In this document: one piece after another, positions 42,929 through 52,010 of the stretch
Position numbering within the stretch: the first letter of the stretch is position 1
Layout: each line of letters begins with the position of its first letter
Origin: an uncultured Chloroflexia bacterium
GTDB taxonomy: Bacteria; Chloroflexota; Limnocylindria; Limnocylindrales; CSP1-4
DNA length: 64,000 nucleotides
Assembly: GCA_963715245.1 (NCBI GenBank)
Contig: CAVQRM010000001.1
Coordinates: forward strand, 1,218,373-1,282,372
Direction: 5' to 3'
Translations under genes and position numbers: made by a program
Notes under the pieces: model-generated
What the model saw: the letters and a program-made list of their open reading frames with translations, nothing else
The model's database searches: none
What the model was told of the DNA's origin: nothing

Positions 42929-44254
42929 CTAGACGCGCACCTGTTCGAGGATCCGGACGAGGTACCGGGAGCGGAACTGCTGCGTCGCGAGGGCCTGGGC
43001 GGCGGGCGGCAGGCGCAGGATCACGCCCAGGATCGCGGCCATCGCCCGGTGGCTCAGGTGGGCGTGGTTGTCGAAGATGCAGTCCTGCAGCCGGCCGCGC
43101 TCGATGGCCATCAGGACCGTCCGGTGGAGCGTGTCCACCGGCGTGATGACCCGCTTCGGCCGCGGCTCCAGCCACAGCGCGGCGTTCGTGCACACCCGGG
43201 TGCACACGCCGCAGCCCAGGCACAGGTCGGTGGCGAGCTGCGCGCGGCGCTTCCTGGGGTGCGCGGGATCGTTGGCGGAGACGAGCGTCATCGCCTCGAC
43301 GGGGCACACGTTGACGCACTTGCCGCAGCCGTTGCAGGTCTCTCCGTCCACGTGTGGCAGGAAGTTCGTCGTGTGGACCGGGTGCATCGACCCGAACCGG
43401 CGCTGCGCGATCATCGCCTCGCAGCAGCAGCCGCAGCAGTTGCAGATGAAGTTGACGTCGCGCTGGACGTTCTCCCCGAACTGCACGAGGTTCGCGTCGT
43501 ATGCCTCGGCCAGGAGATCCATCCCCTCCGCCATGTCGACTCGCCGCGCGAACCCGTGGCGGATGAGGGCGTCAGCGGTCCCGCCGAACGTCATGCAGAT
43601 CCCCTGCGGCGCGGCGCACGCGCGGTCGAGAAGCGCCATCTTCCGACGGCAGTAGCACAACCCGACGCCAATGTGCGCCGCGGTGCCGATGACCTCGCTG
43701 GCGCGCTCGTAGTCGAGGACGTGGACGTCGCCGCCGGTCGACGGGGCGCTGGATCGCGCGGCCCGGCGCGCGAGCCCGTCCTCCAGCGCAGGCTCGTTGA
43801 CGAACGCGCGCCCCAGCTGGGTCTCGCCGTCCGTGAACAGCGCGACGATGAAGTCGTCCTCGACGGTGACGTACTGGTAGAACAGCTCGGCGAGGAGGTG
43901 CTCGTCGATGTCGTCGCGGGCGCGCATCATCGAGAACTCGAAGAACCCGGCCATCGGCGGCGGGAGGATCCACGTCGTCCCGCCGGGCCCCTCCATGTCG
44001 AGGAGGAGGGCCCGTGACGCGAGGCCGTCGAGGACCGTGCGTGCCTCGGCCTCGCGCATCCCCCACGCCCGGGCGGCTGAGCGCACGGTGACCGGGCGGA
44101 TCGGGAGCCTCGCCACGAGCGCCGCCTCGCGCTCGCTGAACAGGAGGCGCAGGATCCGGAACAGGAGCTCGGACGGCGGCGCGCCCTGCGGGAGCCGGTT
44201 GAGCCGCTCCGCGAGCGCCCCGTAGGAGCCGTCCGTCAGCGTCGCGTGCGACAT
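42929..44254 (-). CDS. 4Fe-4S dicluster domain protein with an extra Cys-rich CNCCGCCC motif
   Basis: ATG 44254 (MSHATLTDGSYGALAERLNRLPQG). Motifs LCYCRRK, FICNCCGCCCEAM, CNGCGKCVNVCP, CLGCGVCTRVC. Confidence 0.85.
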   Translation of the reverse strand: MSHATLTDGSYGALAERLNRLPQGAPPSELLFRILRLLFSEREAALVARLPIRPVTVRSAARAWGMREAEARTVLDGLASRALLLDMEGPGGTTWILPPPMAGFFEFSMMRARDDIDEHLLAELFYQYVTVEDDFIVALFTDGETQLGRAFVNEPALEDGLARRAARSSAPSTGGDVHVLDYERASEVIGTAAHIGVGLCYCRRKMALLDRACAAPQGICMTFGGTADALIRHGFARRVDMAEGMDLLAEAYDANLVQFGENVQRDVNFICNCCGCCCEAMIAQRRFGSMHPVHTTNFLPHVDGETCNGCGKCVNVCPVEAMTLVSANDPAHPRKRRAQLATDLCLGCGVCTRVCTNAALWLEPRPKRVITPVDTLHRTVLMAIERGRLQDCIFDNHAHLSHRAMAAILGVILRLPPAAQALATQQFRSRYLVRILEQVRV

Positions 44255-44402
44255 CGATGGCACCTCGCAGCCGCTCGCCACGCGCGACGCGGCGATGCGA
44301 GCATCAGGCCCGCCCGGATGCGGCGCCAGTGCCGATCCGCGCGCCAGCGCCACGCCGGATGGACCTCCCCCGGCGGTCCGGTTGGCGCGTTCCGCCGTCC
44401 GG

Positions 44403-45821
44403 CTATCGCGCCCCCTGCACCCAGGCGGCGATATCCGCGACGACGGTTTCGGCCACGTGCCCGGGTACCGTGTACTCGGCAGGGCGGCTGGGCCCCGTGC
44501 CCTCCATCAGCAGGTGATTGAGCGCCGGGTGCTCCCGGATGGTGACATCGTCGCGACCCGCGAGCGCGTCGCGCCACAGCGCAAGCTCGCTCGGCGGGAC
44601 CTGGTAGTCCCGGCCGCCCTGCACGATCAGGACGGGGATCGGCAGGTCGCGCGCGAGCGCGCCCGGGTCGTAGCCGCGCAGGTCCAGCCAGTAGGCGGCG
44701 GGGATGCCCAGCGGGAGCTCCGAGGCCGGCGTCGACGCCGACAGGTCGGGGGACGCGAGCCTGGCCAGCTGCGCGGGGAGCGCCTCGAGCATCGCCTTCG
44801 CCTGCGGGTCCGCGCCACCCTCGTCGGAGGCGAGGTACGACAGCTGGGCCTCGATGAGCGTCTCGAGCGGGCTCACGTTCGCCTCGAGCAGCGCGATGCC
44901 GGCGACCCTGCCCGGCGCCGCCGCGGCGATCCGCGGAGCCACGTGGCCGCCCAGGCTGTGGCCGGCAACGAACACCCGGTCCGGGTCCACGCCCTGGGTC
45001 GCGCGCAGGAGATCCACCGCCGCAACCGCGTCGTCCACCGTCTCCTCCTGGACGGTGATCGTTGCCGCCTGCGACGCGAGCTGCGTGCCGTACTGCTTGG
45101 TGCGCTTCTCGTACCGCAGCGTCGCGACGCCCGCCGATGCGAGGCCCCAGGCCAGGTCGCGCAGGGGCTTGTTGGGCCCGATCGTCTCGTCGCGATCCTG
45201 GGGTCCGGAGCCGGCCACGAGCACGACGGCCGGGAACGGGCCGGCCCCGACCGGCATCGAGAGCGTGCCCGGCAGGGCCCACGGCGCGGCGCCGACCGTC
45301 ACCTCGGTCTCGGTGAACGCCGCGCGATCGACGTACGCGGCTGGCGATGCGTCGTCGGCCTGCGCCGGGGACGGCGACGCGGGCGTCGCTGACCCGGGCA
45401 CGGGCTCGCCGAGGTGGAGGCCGGCCACCTGGTCCGTGTCCGCCACGGTGACGATGAGCGGGACGAGCGCGTTCGCGAAGCGGGCCTGGACGGTGGCGTT
45501 CTGGTACGGCCCGCTCGCCTCGACGGTCACGCCGTCGATGGCGACGAACGCCCCGAACTGCGTCTCGAACTGGCCCCACAGCTGGGCGAGGACCGCGGCG
45601 GGAGCCGCGCCGCGCATGGTCGGGTCCTCCATCGCCTCGGCCGCCGCGGTGTCGCCGGCTGCGATCGCCTCGATGAAGGCCCGGCCGATCGCCGCCGGGT
45701 CACCGGGTCCAACCGGCACGGCCGGGCTGCCGGACGGGCTCGTGGACGGGCTCGCCTCACCCGCGCTGCAGGCGGCCAGTCCGAGGGCGACGAGGGCGAT
45801 GAGCAGCCGGCGTCCGAGCAC
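44403..45821 (-). CDS. alpha/beta-hydrolase lipoprotein with N-terminal DUF3887-like domain
   Basis: GTG 45821 with GGAGGA RBS. Lipobox LGLAAC. Nucleophile elbow GHSLGG. VLVAGSGPQDRDE...LIVQGGRDYQV. The track ORF has 121 junk N-terminal codons. Confidence 0.85.
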   Translation of the reverse strand: MLGRRLLIALVALGLAACSAGEASPSTSPSGSPAVPVGPGDPAAIGRAFIEAIAAGDTAAAEAMEDPTMRGAAPAAVLAQLWGQFETQFGAFVAIDGVTVEASGPYQNATVQARFANALVPLIVTVADTDQVAGLHLGEPVPGSATPASPSPAQADDASPAAYVDRAAFTETEVTVGAAPWALPGTLSMPVGAGPFPAVVLVAGSGPQDRDETIGPNKPLRDLAWGLASAGVATLRYEKRTKQYGTQLASQAATITVQEETVDDAVAAVDLLRATQGVDPDRVFVAGHSLGGHVAPRIAAAAPGRVAGIALLEANVSPLETLIEAQLSYLASDEGGADPQAKAMLEALPAQLARLASPDLSASTPASELPLGIPAAYWLDLRGYDPGALARDLPIPVLIVQGGRDYQVPPSELALWRDALAGRDDVTIREHPALNHLLMEGTGPSRPAEYTVPGHVAETVVADIAAWVQGAR

Positions 45822-45945
45822 GCGTTCCTCCGATCGGCAGTCCGATGGTCGACGGTGTGATCTTCCGATGCGAGGGCAAGACGCACCACGGGTCATTCGG
45901 GCGGTTGGCGTCGGGACCCGGGCCCGAAGGGGGCACGCCCGGGGC

Positions 45946-45985
45946 TTGACAGCGATGGCATATGCGTAATACATTACGTATATGC
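45946..45985 (+). promoter_or_regulatory. marR promoter (TTGACA-18-TACATT) with overlapping palindromic operator; leaderless start
   Basis: TTGACA 45946-45951, TACATT 45970-45975, ATG at 45982 (6 nt after the -10). Inverted repeat GCATATGCGTAAT (45958-45970) / ATTACGTATATGC (45973-45985) with one mismatch. The region is an AT-rich island in GC-rich DNA. Confidence 0.5.
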
Positions 45986-46476
45986 CCGACAGCGACGATC
46001 TCCAGGCGCAGGCCGACGTGTTCGGCTCCCTGTTCGTGGTCATGCAGCACCTCACCCGGCGGACCGATGCCGCGCTCGCGGATCTCGGCCTGACGTCGAA
46101 GCAGTGGCTGCTGCTCGCGATCCTCGCGCAGGCGTTCAAGGGTCGCAGCCCATCGCTGACCGAGGCGGGGGAGCGGTACGGCACGTCGCGCCAGAACGTG
46201 AAGCAGATCGCGCTCGGCCTCGAGACCCGTGGCTACCTGCGGCTCGTCGCGGACAGCCGGGACGGCCGGACGACCCGCCTGGAGCTCACCGAGCAGGCGA
46301 GGGTGTTCGACACCCCCGAGATGCAGGCCCGCGGCGCCGCCCTCCTGCGCGATGCCTTCACCGGGCTCGAACCGCGGGACCTCCCCGTCCTGCAGGACAT
46401 CGTCCACCGATGGCTGGCCGGCCTCGGTGGCTCCGAGCAGCGACCGGCCGCCCACACCGAGGAATCGATCCGATGA
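45982..46476 (+). CDS. MarR-family transcriptional regulator
   Basis: LTSKQWLLLAILA...SLTEAGERYGTSRQNVKQIALGLETRGYLRLVADSRDGRTTRLELTE is a MarR winged helix. Confidence 0.9.
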   Translation: MPDSDDLQAQADVFGSLFVVMQHLTRRTDAALADLGLTSKQWLLLAILAQAFKGRSPSLTEAGERYGTSRQNVKQIALGLETRGYLRLVADSRDGRTTRLELTEQARVFDTPEMQARGAALLRDAFTGLEPRDLPVLQDIVHRWLAGLGGSEQRPAAHTEESIR

Positions 46477-47348
46477 CCAGCGCATCCACCCCCCGTCAAC
46501 CGGTGTCCCGAGCGCCATACGTGCTGTCGCTCCTGCTCCTGGTCGCGGCGGGCTTCTCGGCGATCGCCTCGCTCGTGCGACCCGACCTGGTCCACGGCCC
46601 GGCCGTGAGCGTCGGGTCCCTGCGCGGGACCGCGCTGGTGGTCCTGGTCGTCGCGCTGCCGGTCCTGCTCGCGTCGATGGCCGCGGTCCGCCGCGGCTCG
46701 GAGCTGGCATTCTTCGGCTGGCTCGGTGCGCTCGCGTTCGTCCTGTACCAGGCCGTGCTGTTCCTGTTCGGCTCGCCGTTCAACGGCCTGTTCCTGGGTT
46801 ACGTCGCGATGCTGTCGTTCGCCGGCTGGGCGCTGCTGGCCCTGGCACCGCAGGTCCCCGTCGGCGAGATCGCCTCGCGGTTCGGTCCGGGCACCCCGGT
46901 CCGGCTCGTCGCGGGCTACCTCGTCGTCATGGCGGGCCTGTTCCACCTGCTGTGGCTCAGGGCGATCGTGCCCGCGCTGTTCGCCAGCGAGGAACCGGCG
47001 TTCCTCGTCGGCACCGGCATGACGACGGGTCCCGGCCAGGTCATGGACCTCGCGTTCCTCCTGCCGCTGTGCTACCTGACGGCGGCCTGGGTCTGGCAGC
47101 GCCGGCCGCTCGGGCTCGTCGTCGCGGGTGCGCTGCAGGTGATGCTCGTCATCGAGGCCGTCAGCATCGCGGTGGACCAGTGGGTCGGCGCGATGGCCGA
47201 TCCGGCATCGCCGGTCGTGTCCGCGGCGATGGCTCCGGTCTTTGCGGGGGTCGCGGTGGTCGCCCTCCTCATCCTGGGAGCCTTCCTCCGTGGGACCCGG
47301 CGGCCCGCAGACGCACCGGCGACCAGGCCGGCACCCGTCCCCGGCTGA
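46473..47348 (+). CDS. integral membrane protein (about 8 TM), function unknown
   Basis: ATG 46473 forms an ATGA overlap with the marR stop. Hydrophobic helices occur throughout (VLSLLLLVAAGFSAIASL, ALVVLVVALPVLLASMAAV, ...). Confidence 0.75.
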   Translation: MTSASTPRQPVSRAPYVLSLLLLVAAGFSAIASLVRPDLVHGPAVSVGSLRGTALVVLVVALPVLLASMAAVRRGSELAFFGWLGALAFVLYQAVLFLFGSPFNGLFLGYVAMLSFAGWALLALAPQVPVGEIASRFGPGTPVRLVAGYLVVMAGLFHLLWLRAIVPALFASEEPAFLVGTGMTTGPGQVMDLAFLLPLCYLTAAWVWQRRPLGLVVAGALQVMLVIEAVSIAVDQWVGAMADPASPVVSAAMAPVFAGVAVVALLILGAFLRGTRRPADAPATRPAPVPG

Positions 47349-47477
47349 GGCCGCGCTGCCGGCGAAGGCCGTGGACGCCGGGAGACGGGGACATCCGGCC
47401 CTGATCGCCCGTCGGCGGGCGGTGCTACATTCGGTGCCGCATCGCCCGCCACGGGCCGTGAGCTTGGAGACCCCCCT

Positions 47478-48911
47478 GTGCTGCCGCAACTGATCCAGGG
47501 GGGAATGGGGGCCGGCGTATCGAGCTGGACCCTCGCCCGCGAGGTGTCCTCGCTCGGCCAGCTGGGCGTCGTCTCCGGCACGGCCCTCGACTCGATCCTC
47601 GTGCGCAAGCTGTGGGGCGGGGACCCGGGTGGTCACATGCGCCGCGCGCTGGCCGCCTTCCCGTCCCGCGAGGTCGCCGAGGCCGTCATCGACCGCTACC
47701 TGCGCCTCGACGCCCCGGATGGGCCGGTCCGCGGCTCGCGCTACAAGCTGGCGCCGATGCTCCGGGCCCGGATGACGCGCGAACGCCAGGCGCTGATCGT
47801 CGTGGCGAACTTCGCCGAGGTGTTCCTCGCGAAAGAGGGGCACGACGGGGTCGTGGGCATCAACTACCTCGAGAAGATCCAGTTCCCGACGCTGCCCAGC
47901 CTGTACGGGGCGATGCTCGCGGGCGTCGACGTGGTCCTGATGGGCGCCGGCATCCCGGCTGAGATCCCGGCCTCGCTCGACCGCCTCAGCCACCACCAGC
48001 CGGTGTCGATCAGCCTCGACGTGCTCGAGGCCGCCGGCGAGCGGTACGAGCTGCACTTCGACCCGGCGGCGATCGGGCTCGGGGCAGCAGCGGTTGGCCG
48101 GGCCGAGCTGCGGCGGCCGAAGTTCCTGCCGATCGTGTCGGCGGCGACGCTGGCCAAGGCGCTCCTGCGCAAATCGCCGGGCGGTATCGACGGCTTCGTG
48201 GTGGAGGGCCCCACGGCGGGCGGTCACAACGCGCCGCCGCGCGGCCAGCTCCAGCTCTCCGAGCGTGGTGAGCCGGTCTACGGGGCGCGCGACGTCGTGG
48301 ACCTGGACCAGATGAAGGCCCTCGGCGTGCCGTTCTGGCTTGCCGGCGAGTACGGGAGCCGGGAGCGGTTCACCGAGGCGCTCGCCGCCGGCGCCCACGG
48401 CGTCCAGGTGGGCACGGCCTTCGCGTTCTGCGAGGAGTCCGGACTCGACCCGGAGCTCCGCCGGCGGTTCCTCGCGAACCTCGTTCGCGGCGACGGGGAC
48501 GTGCTCACGGATCCGGTGGCCTCGCCCACGGGCTTCCCCTTCAAGGTGGCCGAGCTCGCGGGCACGCTGTCGGAGCAGGCCTCCTACGAGGAGCGGCCAC
48601 GGCTGTGCGACCTCGGGTACCTGCGGCGGGCGTACCGCCGGGCCGATGGGACGCTCGACTACCGCTGTCCGAGCGAGCCGGTCGACGACTATGTGCGCAA
48701 GGGCGGCAGCGCCGACGACACCGTCGGGCGCAAGTGCCTGTGCAACGCGCTGGTGACGAACATCGGGATGGGCCAACGGCGCCCCGACGGCTACGAGGAG
48801 CTGCCGATGCTCACCGCGGGCGACGGGATCGACGCGGTCCGGGCCTACATCACGCCGGATCGCCTCTCGTACCACGCCCGCGACGTCGTCGAGGCGCTGC
48901 TGCCCGGCTGA
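47478..48911 (+). CDS. nitronate monooxygenase (NMO / 2-nitropropane dioxygenase-like) family protein
   Basis: GTG 47478 with GGAGA RBS. IQGGMGAGVSSWTLAREVSSLGQLGVVSGT, DVVLMGAGIP, GFVVEGPTAGGHN, VQVGTAFAF. Confidence 0.9.
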   Translation: MLPQLIQGGMGAGVSSWTLAREVSSLGQLGVVSGTALDSILVRKLWGGDPGGHMRRALAAFPSREVAEAVIDRYLRLDAPDGPVRGSRYKLAPMLRARMTRERQALIVVANFAEVFLAKEGHDGVVGINYLEKIQFPTLPSLYGAMLAGVDVVLMGAGIPAEIPASLDRLSHHQPVSISLDVLEAAGERYELHFDPAAIGLGAAAVGRAELRRPKFLPIVSAATLAKALLRKSPGGIDGFVVEGPTAGGHNAPPRGQLQLSERGEPVYGARDVVDLDQMKALGVPFWLAGEYGSRERFTEALAAGAHGVQVGTAFAFCEESGLDPELRRRFLANLVRGDGDVLTDPVASPTGFPFKVAELAGTLSEQASYEERPRLCDLGYLRRAYRRADGTLDYRCPSEPVDDYVRKGGSADDTVGRKCLCNALVTNIGMGQRRPDGYEELPMLTAGDGIDAVRAYITPDRLSYHARDVVEALLPG

Positions 48912-49130
48912 CCCGCGCAGGCCGTCCGCCCGCCTCGATCACGCGCGTCCGTGGTGCCAGCACGCACCGAGTGTTGCGTGTCGGGCTGCCGGCAGCCGCG
49001 ACGTGCCGTTGACAGGGGTCAACGAGGCGGCGCATGGTGCGCACCTGCAGCCGACGGTCTCCCGGACACCACCGGGGTGGAGGTCGGCGATCCCACTCCC
49101 GATGGCGCCCGACGAGGAGGAACATTGCCG

Positions 49131-50843
49131 GTGAAACGAACCGCGCTTGCCACGGCATTGATCATCGCCGCGACGGCCGCCGCACCCGCCGCCGCGAACG
49201 ACAGTGGCTTCAGGACGTCGCAGGACCCGATGCTCGCACCGGTCATGGCCGGGGTGGAGGTGACGCCCGTCATCACCGTGGGCGAGGTCATCGACGAGTA
49301 TCGCTTCGAGGCGATCCCGGACGGACTCGCGCTTCGCACCCGGGGCAGCGGGCGCGTCGACGTGTTCGTGAACCACGAGACGAGCAAGGTCCCGTTCCCG
49401 TACAGCGCGGCGGCACCCAGCGCCAGCGGCGAGAACGACTTCAACAACTCGCAGGTCAGCCGGCTGGTGCTCAACCGCAAGTCGGGCGGGGTGCTCAGCG
49501 GCTCGTATGTGATCGACAGCGATTCCGGCTACCAGCGCTTCTGCTCCAGCTACCTCGCGACGGCCGCCGAGGGCTTCGACCGCGACCTCCTGTTCACGAA
49601 CGAGGAGGGCGTTGACTTCGTGCGCCGGGCCGAGAACTCGTGGCCGGTGACGAGCGGCAGCGCCGAGGAGGAGGAGATCGGCCTGGTCGTCGTCCTGGAC
49701 GTGCGGACGGGCAAGCACCATCCGATCTACGGCATGGGCCGCCACAACCACGAGAACAGCGTCCCGCTGCCGGGCTACGACGAGCTCGTCGTGCTGTCGG
49801 GCGACGACACGTTCACCAACGGCGCGCTGACCACGGTGCCGGGAATCGACCCGGCCGCCGCTCAGTCGCAGCTGTACTCGTACATCGCCGGCGACACCGA
49901 TGCGCTGCTCGCCGACCAGGGCGACCTGTGGGCGTTCGTCTCGGACGACCTCGCGGTCGACGACTACTACGACTTCGCCCCCGGCTCGGCCGCCACGGTG
50001 TCCGGCCACTTCGTCCAGGTGCCGAAGCACATCGCGACGGGCAAGAACCCTGACGGCAGCGAGATCAAGGCCGCCGACGTGGGCTTCCCGGCCCCGCCCA
50101 GCAACGGCTCCTGGCAGCGCGATCTCCGGACGACCGTTCCCACCGGTCTCGACGGCCCGCAGTGGGTGCTCGAGTACTGGAGCCAGCTCAACAACGTGTT
50201 CAACTTCGTCCGCGTCGAGGACATCGCCTACGACAAGCGGGACGGGATGGGCAACGTCGCGTACGTCGTGGACTCCGGTCGCGGCACCGCCGGCACCCCC
50301 GCCCAGGGCCTGTCCACCAACGGCCGCGTCTGGAAGATGGTCTTCGACCCCGCCGACCCGACCGTCGTGACATCTCTGTCGGTCTTCGTCGAGGGTGACG
50401 ACAACCCCGTCAAGACCCTCGGCGAGGTGCACCAGCCGGACAACATCGAGAGCACCGCCACGGGCATCCTCCTGACCGAGGACCCGGGCTCCAGCCAGCA
50501 GTTCGACATCGGCTCCGCGGATCCCAACGCCACGACCGGGCGCCTGTGGTACGTGCCGTTCACGGGCACCCCGCAGGTGGTCGCGGCCGTTGACCAGTCC
50601 GCCGATGGCGGCCCGACTGACGTGGACGGCAAGCCTCTGGCCCGCCTCGGCGCGTGGGAGGCGTCGGGCATCGTGGATGCGTCCGCCGCGTTCGGCCCCG
50701 GTGCGTTCCTCGTTACCGTGCAGGCCCACTCGGTGTGGGTGGAGAAGGCGCCGGGCGACGACAACAACGGCGACGGTAGCCCGGACTTCACCTACAAGCG
50801 CGAGGGCGGCCAGTTGCTGCTGATCCGCATCCCCGGGATCTGA
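49131..50843 (+). CDS. secreted DUF839 / PhoX-like beta-propeller protein
   Basis: GTG 49131 with GGAGGA RBS. Signal peptide VKRTALATALIIAATAAAPAAA. Motifs VNHETS, GMGRHNHENS, FVRVEDIAYDK, HQPDNIESTATGILLTEDPGS resemble PhoX/DUF839. The functional call is tentative. Confidence 0.75.
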   Translation: MKRTALATALIIAATAAAPAAANDSGFRTSQDPMLAPVMAGVEVTPVITVGEVIDEYRFEAIPDGLALRTRGSGRVDVFVNHETSKVPFPYSAAAPSASGENDFNNSQVSRLVLNRKSGGVLSGSYVIDSDSGYQRFCSSYLATAAEGFDRDLLFTNEEGVDFVRRAENSWPVTSGSAEEEEIGLVVVLDVRTGKHHPIYGMGRHNHENSVPLPGYDELVVLSGDDTFTNGALTTVPGIDPAAAQSQLYSYIAGDTDALLADQGDLWAFVSDDLAVDDYYDFAPGSAATVSGHFVQVPKHIATGKNPDGSEIKAADVGFPAPPSNGSWQRDLRTTVPTGLDGPQWVLEYWSQLNNVFNFVRVEDIAYDKRDGMGNVAYVVDSGRGTAGTPAQGLSTNGRVWKMVFDPADPTVVTSLSVFVEGDDNPVKTLGEVHQPDNIESTATGILLTEDPGSSQQFDIGSADPNATTGRLWYVPFTGTPQVVAAVDQSADGGPTDVDGKPLARLGAWEASGIVDASAAFGPGAFLVTVQAHSVWVEKAPGDDNNGDGSPDFTYKREGGQLLLIRIPGI

Positions 50844-50868
50844 TCCCGGCCCTCACCTCGGCACTCGA

Positions 50869-50910
50869 GGCCGAGCGGCAGCCTCACGGCGCCGCTCGGC
50901 CGTTTCGTGT
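50869..50910 (+). terminator. intrinsic terminator after the DUF839 gene
   Basis: Perfect 11-bp stem GGCCGAGCGGC (50869-50879) / GCCGCTCGGCC (50891-50901), followed by GTTTCGTGT. Confidence 0.7.
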
Positions 50911-50926
50911 CCGGGACGGGGCGGGG

Positions 50927-51484
50927 TCAGGGTTCCTGGCGCCAGAGCCACTCGCGGAGGCTGAGCCCCGACGACACGACCCGCGCGGCCTGGGTGCGGC
51001 CCACGTACCGGTAGTGCCAGGGCTCATGGCGGTAGCAGGTGCGGTCCGGGCTCGCGTCGGCCGGGTAGGACATCAGGAACCCGAAGCCAGGGGCATGTGA
51101 CGCGAGCCAGTCGAGGTCGCCCTCGAAGTCGAGCGTCGTGCCCAGCTGGTGCTCCGAGTGGCCGGGCCGCGCGACGGTCGCCAGCGCCGCGTCCTCGCTG
51201 TAGCCCCTGGCGTAGCTCGTGAACGCCAGGACCTGCTGATCGAAGCTGCGGTATGCCGAGTCGACCGAGATCGACACCCCGTCCGCCCGCGCGGCGGCCG
51301 CCAGCGCCCTGAGATCCTCGATCACGAGGTCGCGGACCTTGCCCCGGCCGGCGATGCCGGCGTCGGTCACCGGGACGAGGTCGGGGGGAACCACGTCGGC
51401 GCGGAGCATGAGCGTCGTGTCGAGGATCGTGCGCGCCCAGTCGTCCGGGTCCTGGTGGGCGTGAACACGTCGCCGTGATCGCAT
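50927..51484 (-). CDS. M15B (VanY-like) D-alanyl-D-alanine carboxypeptidase family protein; N-terminus unresolved
   Basis: The catalytic core is clear: VPPDLVPV...SVDSAYRSFDQQ...ARPGHSEHQLGTTLDF...HAPGFGFLMSYP...EPWHYRYVG. The first in-frame ATG (51484) is followed by rare codons, and a signal-peptide-like segment lies upstream in other frames (see findings). Confidence 0.8.
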   Translation of the reverse strand: MRSRRRVHAHQDPDDWARTILDTTLMLRADVVPPDLVPVTDAGIAGRGKVRDLVIEDLRALAAAARADGVSISVDSAYRSFDQQVLAFTSYARGYSEDAALATVARPGHSEHQLGTTLDFEGDLDWLASHAPGFGFLMSYPADASPDRTCYRHEPWHYRYVGRTQAARVVSSGLSLREWLWRQEP

Positions 51485-52010
51485 GGCGCCGCCGTCACTG
51501 CCGGCGCCGCCACGGCGGGGGCGTCGCCCGGGTCGGCTGCACCCGGGCTCGCGACGCCCGACTCCGTCGTGCCCGGTACGGCGTGCCTTCGGCCGCCGCG
51601 ATCGGGGAGGGGACGCCGGTCGCGGCCGCAACCCGTCCGTCGGGTTCCGCGCTCGCCGCGCCGGCGTTCAGGACGACGACGGCGAGAGCCGCGACTGCCG
51701 AGGACCCCGAGGAGCAGCGGCCCGATGAACCGCCTCCGTCCCCTGCGATCCCGCCGCGGGGGTTGGCGGCGTGCGCCCCGGCCGTGCCGGGCCGGGCCGC
51801 CCACGGGGTGCGCCATCGGCTGTCGCATCGACGCTCATGGTGGCACACGGACGGACCCGGGCCGGTCGTCGACCGGTCGCGTCAGCCGGTCACGAGGTAG
51901 GGCGAGGACCTGACGACCAGCTCGTCGGGCCCGCGGCTGTCGCGTCGCACCAGGACAGGCCGTGGCCGGACGAACGCCGCACGCGGACGGGCGGCGGTAC
52001 ATTCAGGGCC

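Noticed and set aside
48990-49030. Palindrome CGTTGAC-aggg-GTCAACG upstream of the PhoX-like gene as a PHO box or promoter.
   Set aside because: It contains a TTGACA hexamer but no acceptable -10 at 16-19 nt. It also does not resemble the direct-repeat PHO boxes (GTTCACC-type) I know. There is too little evidence to call it.
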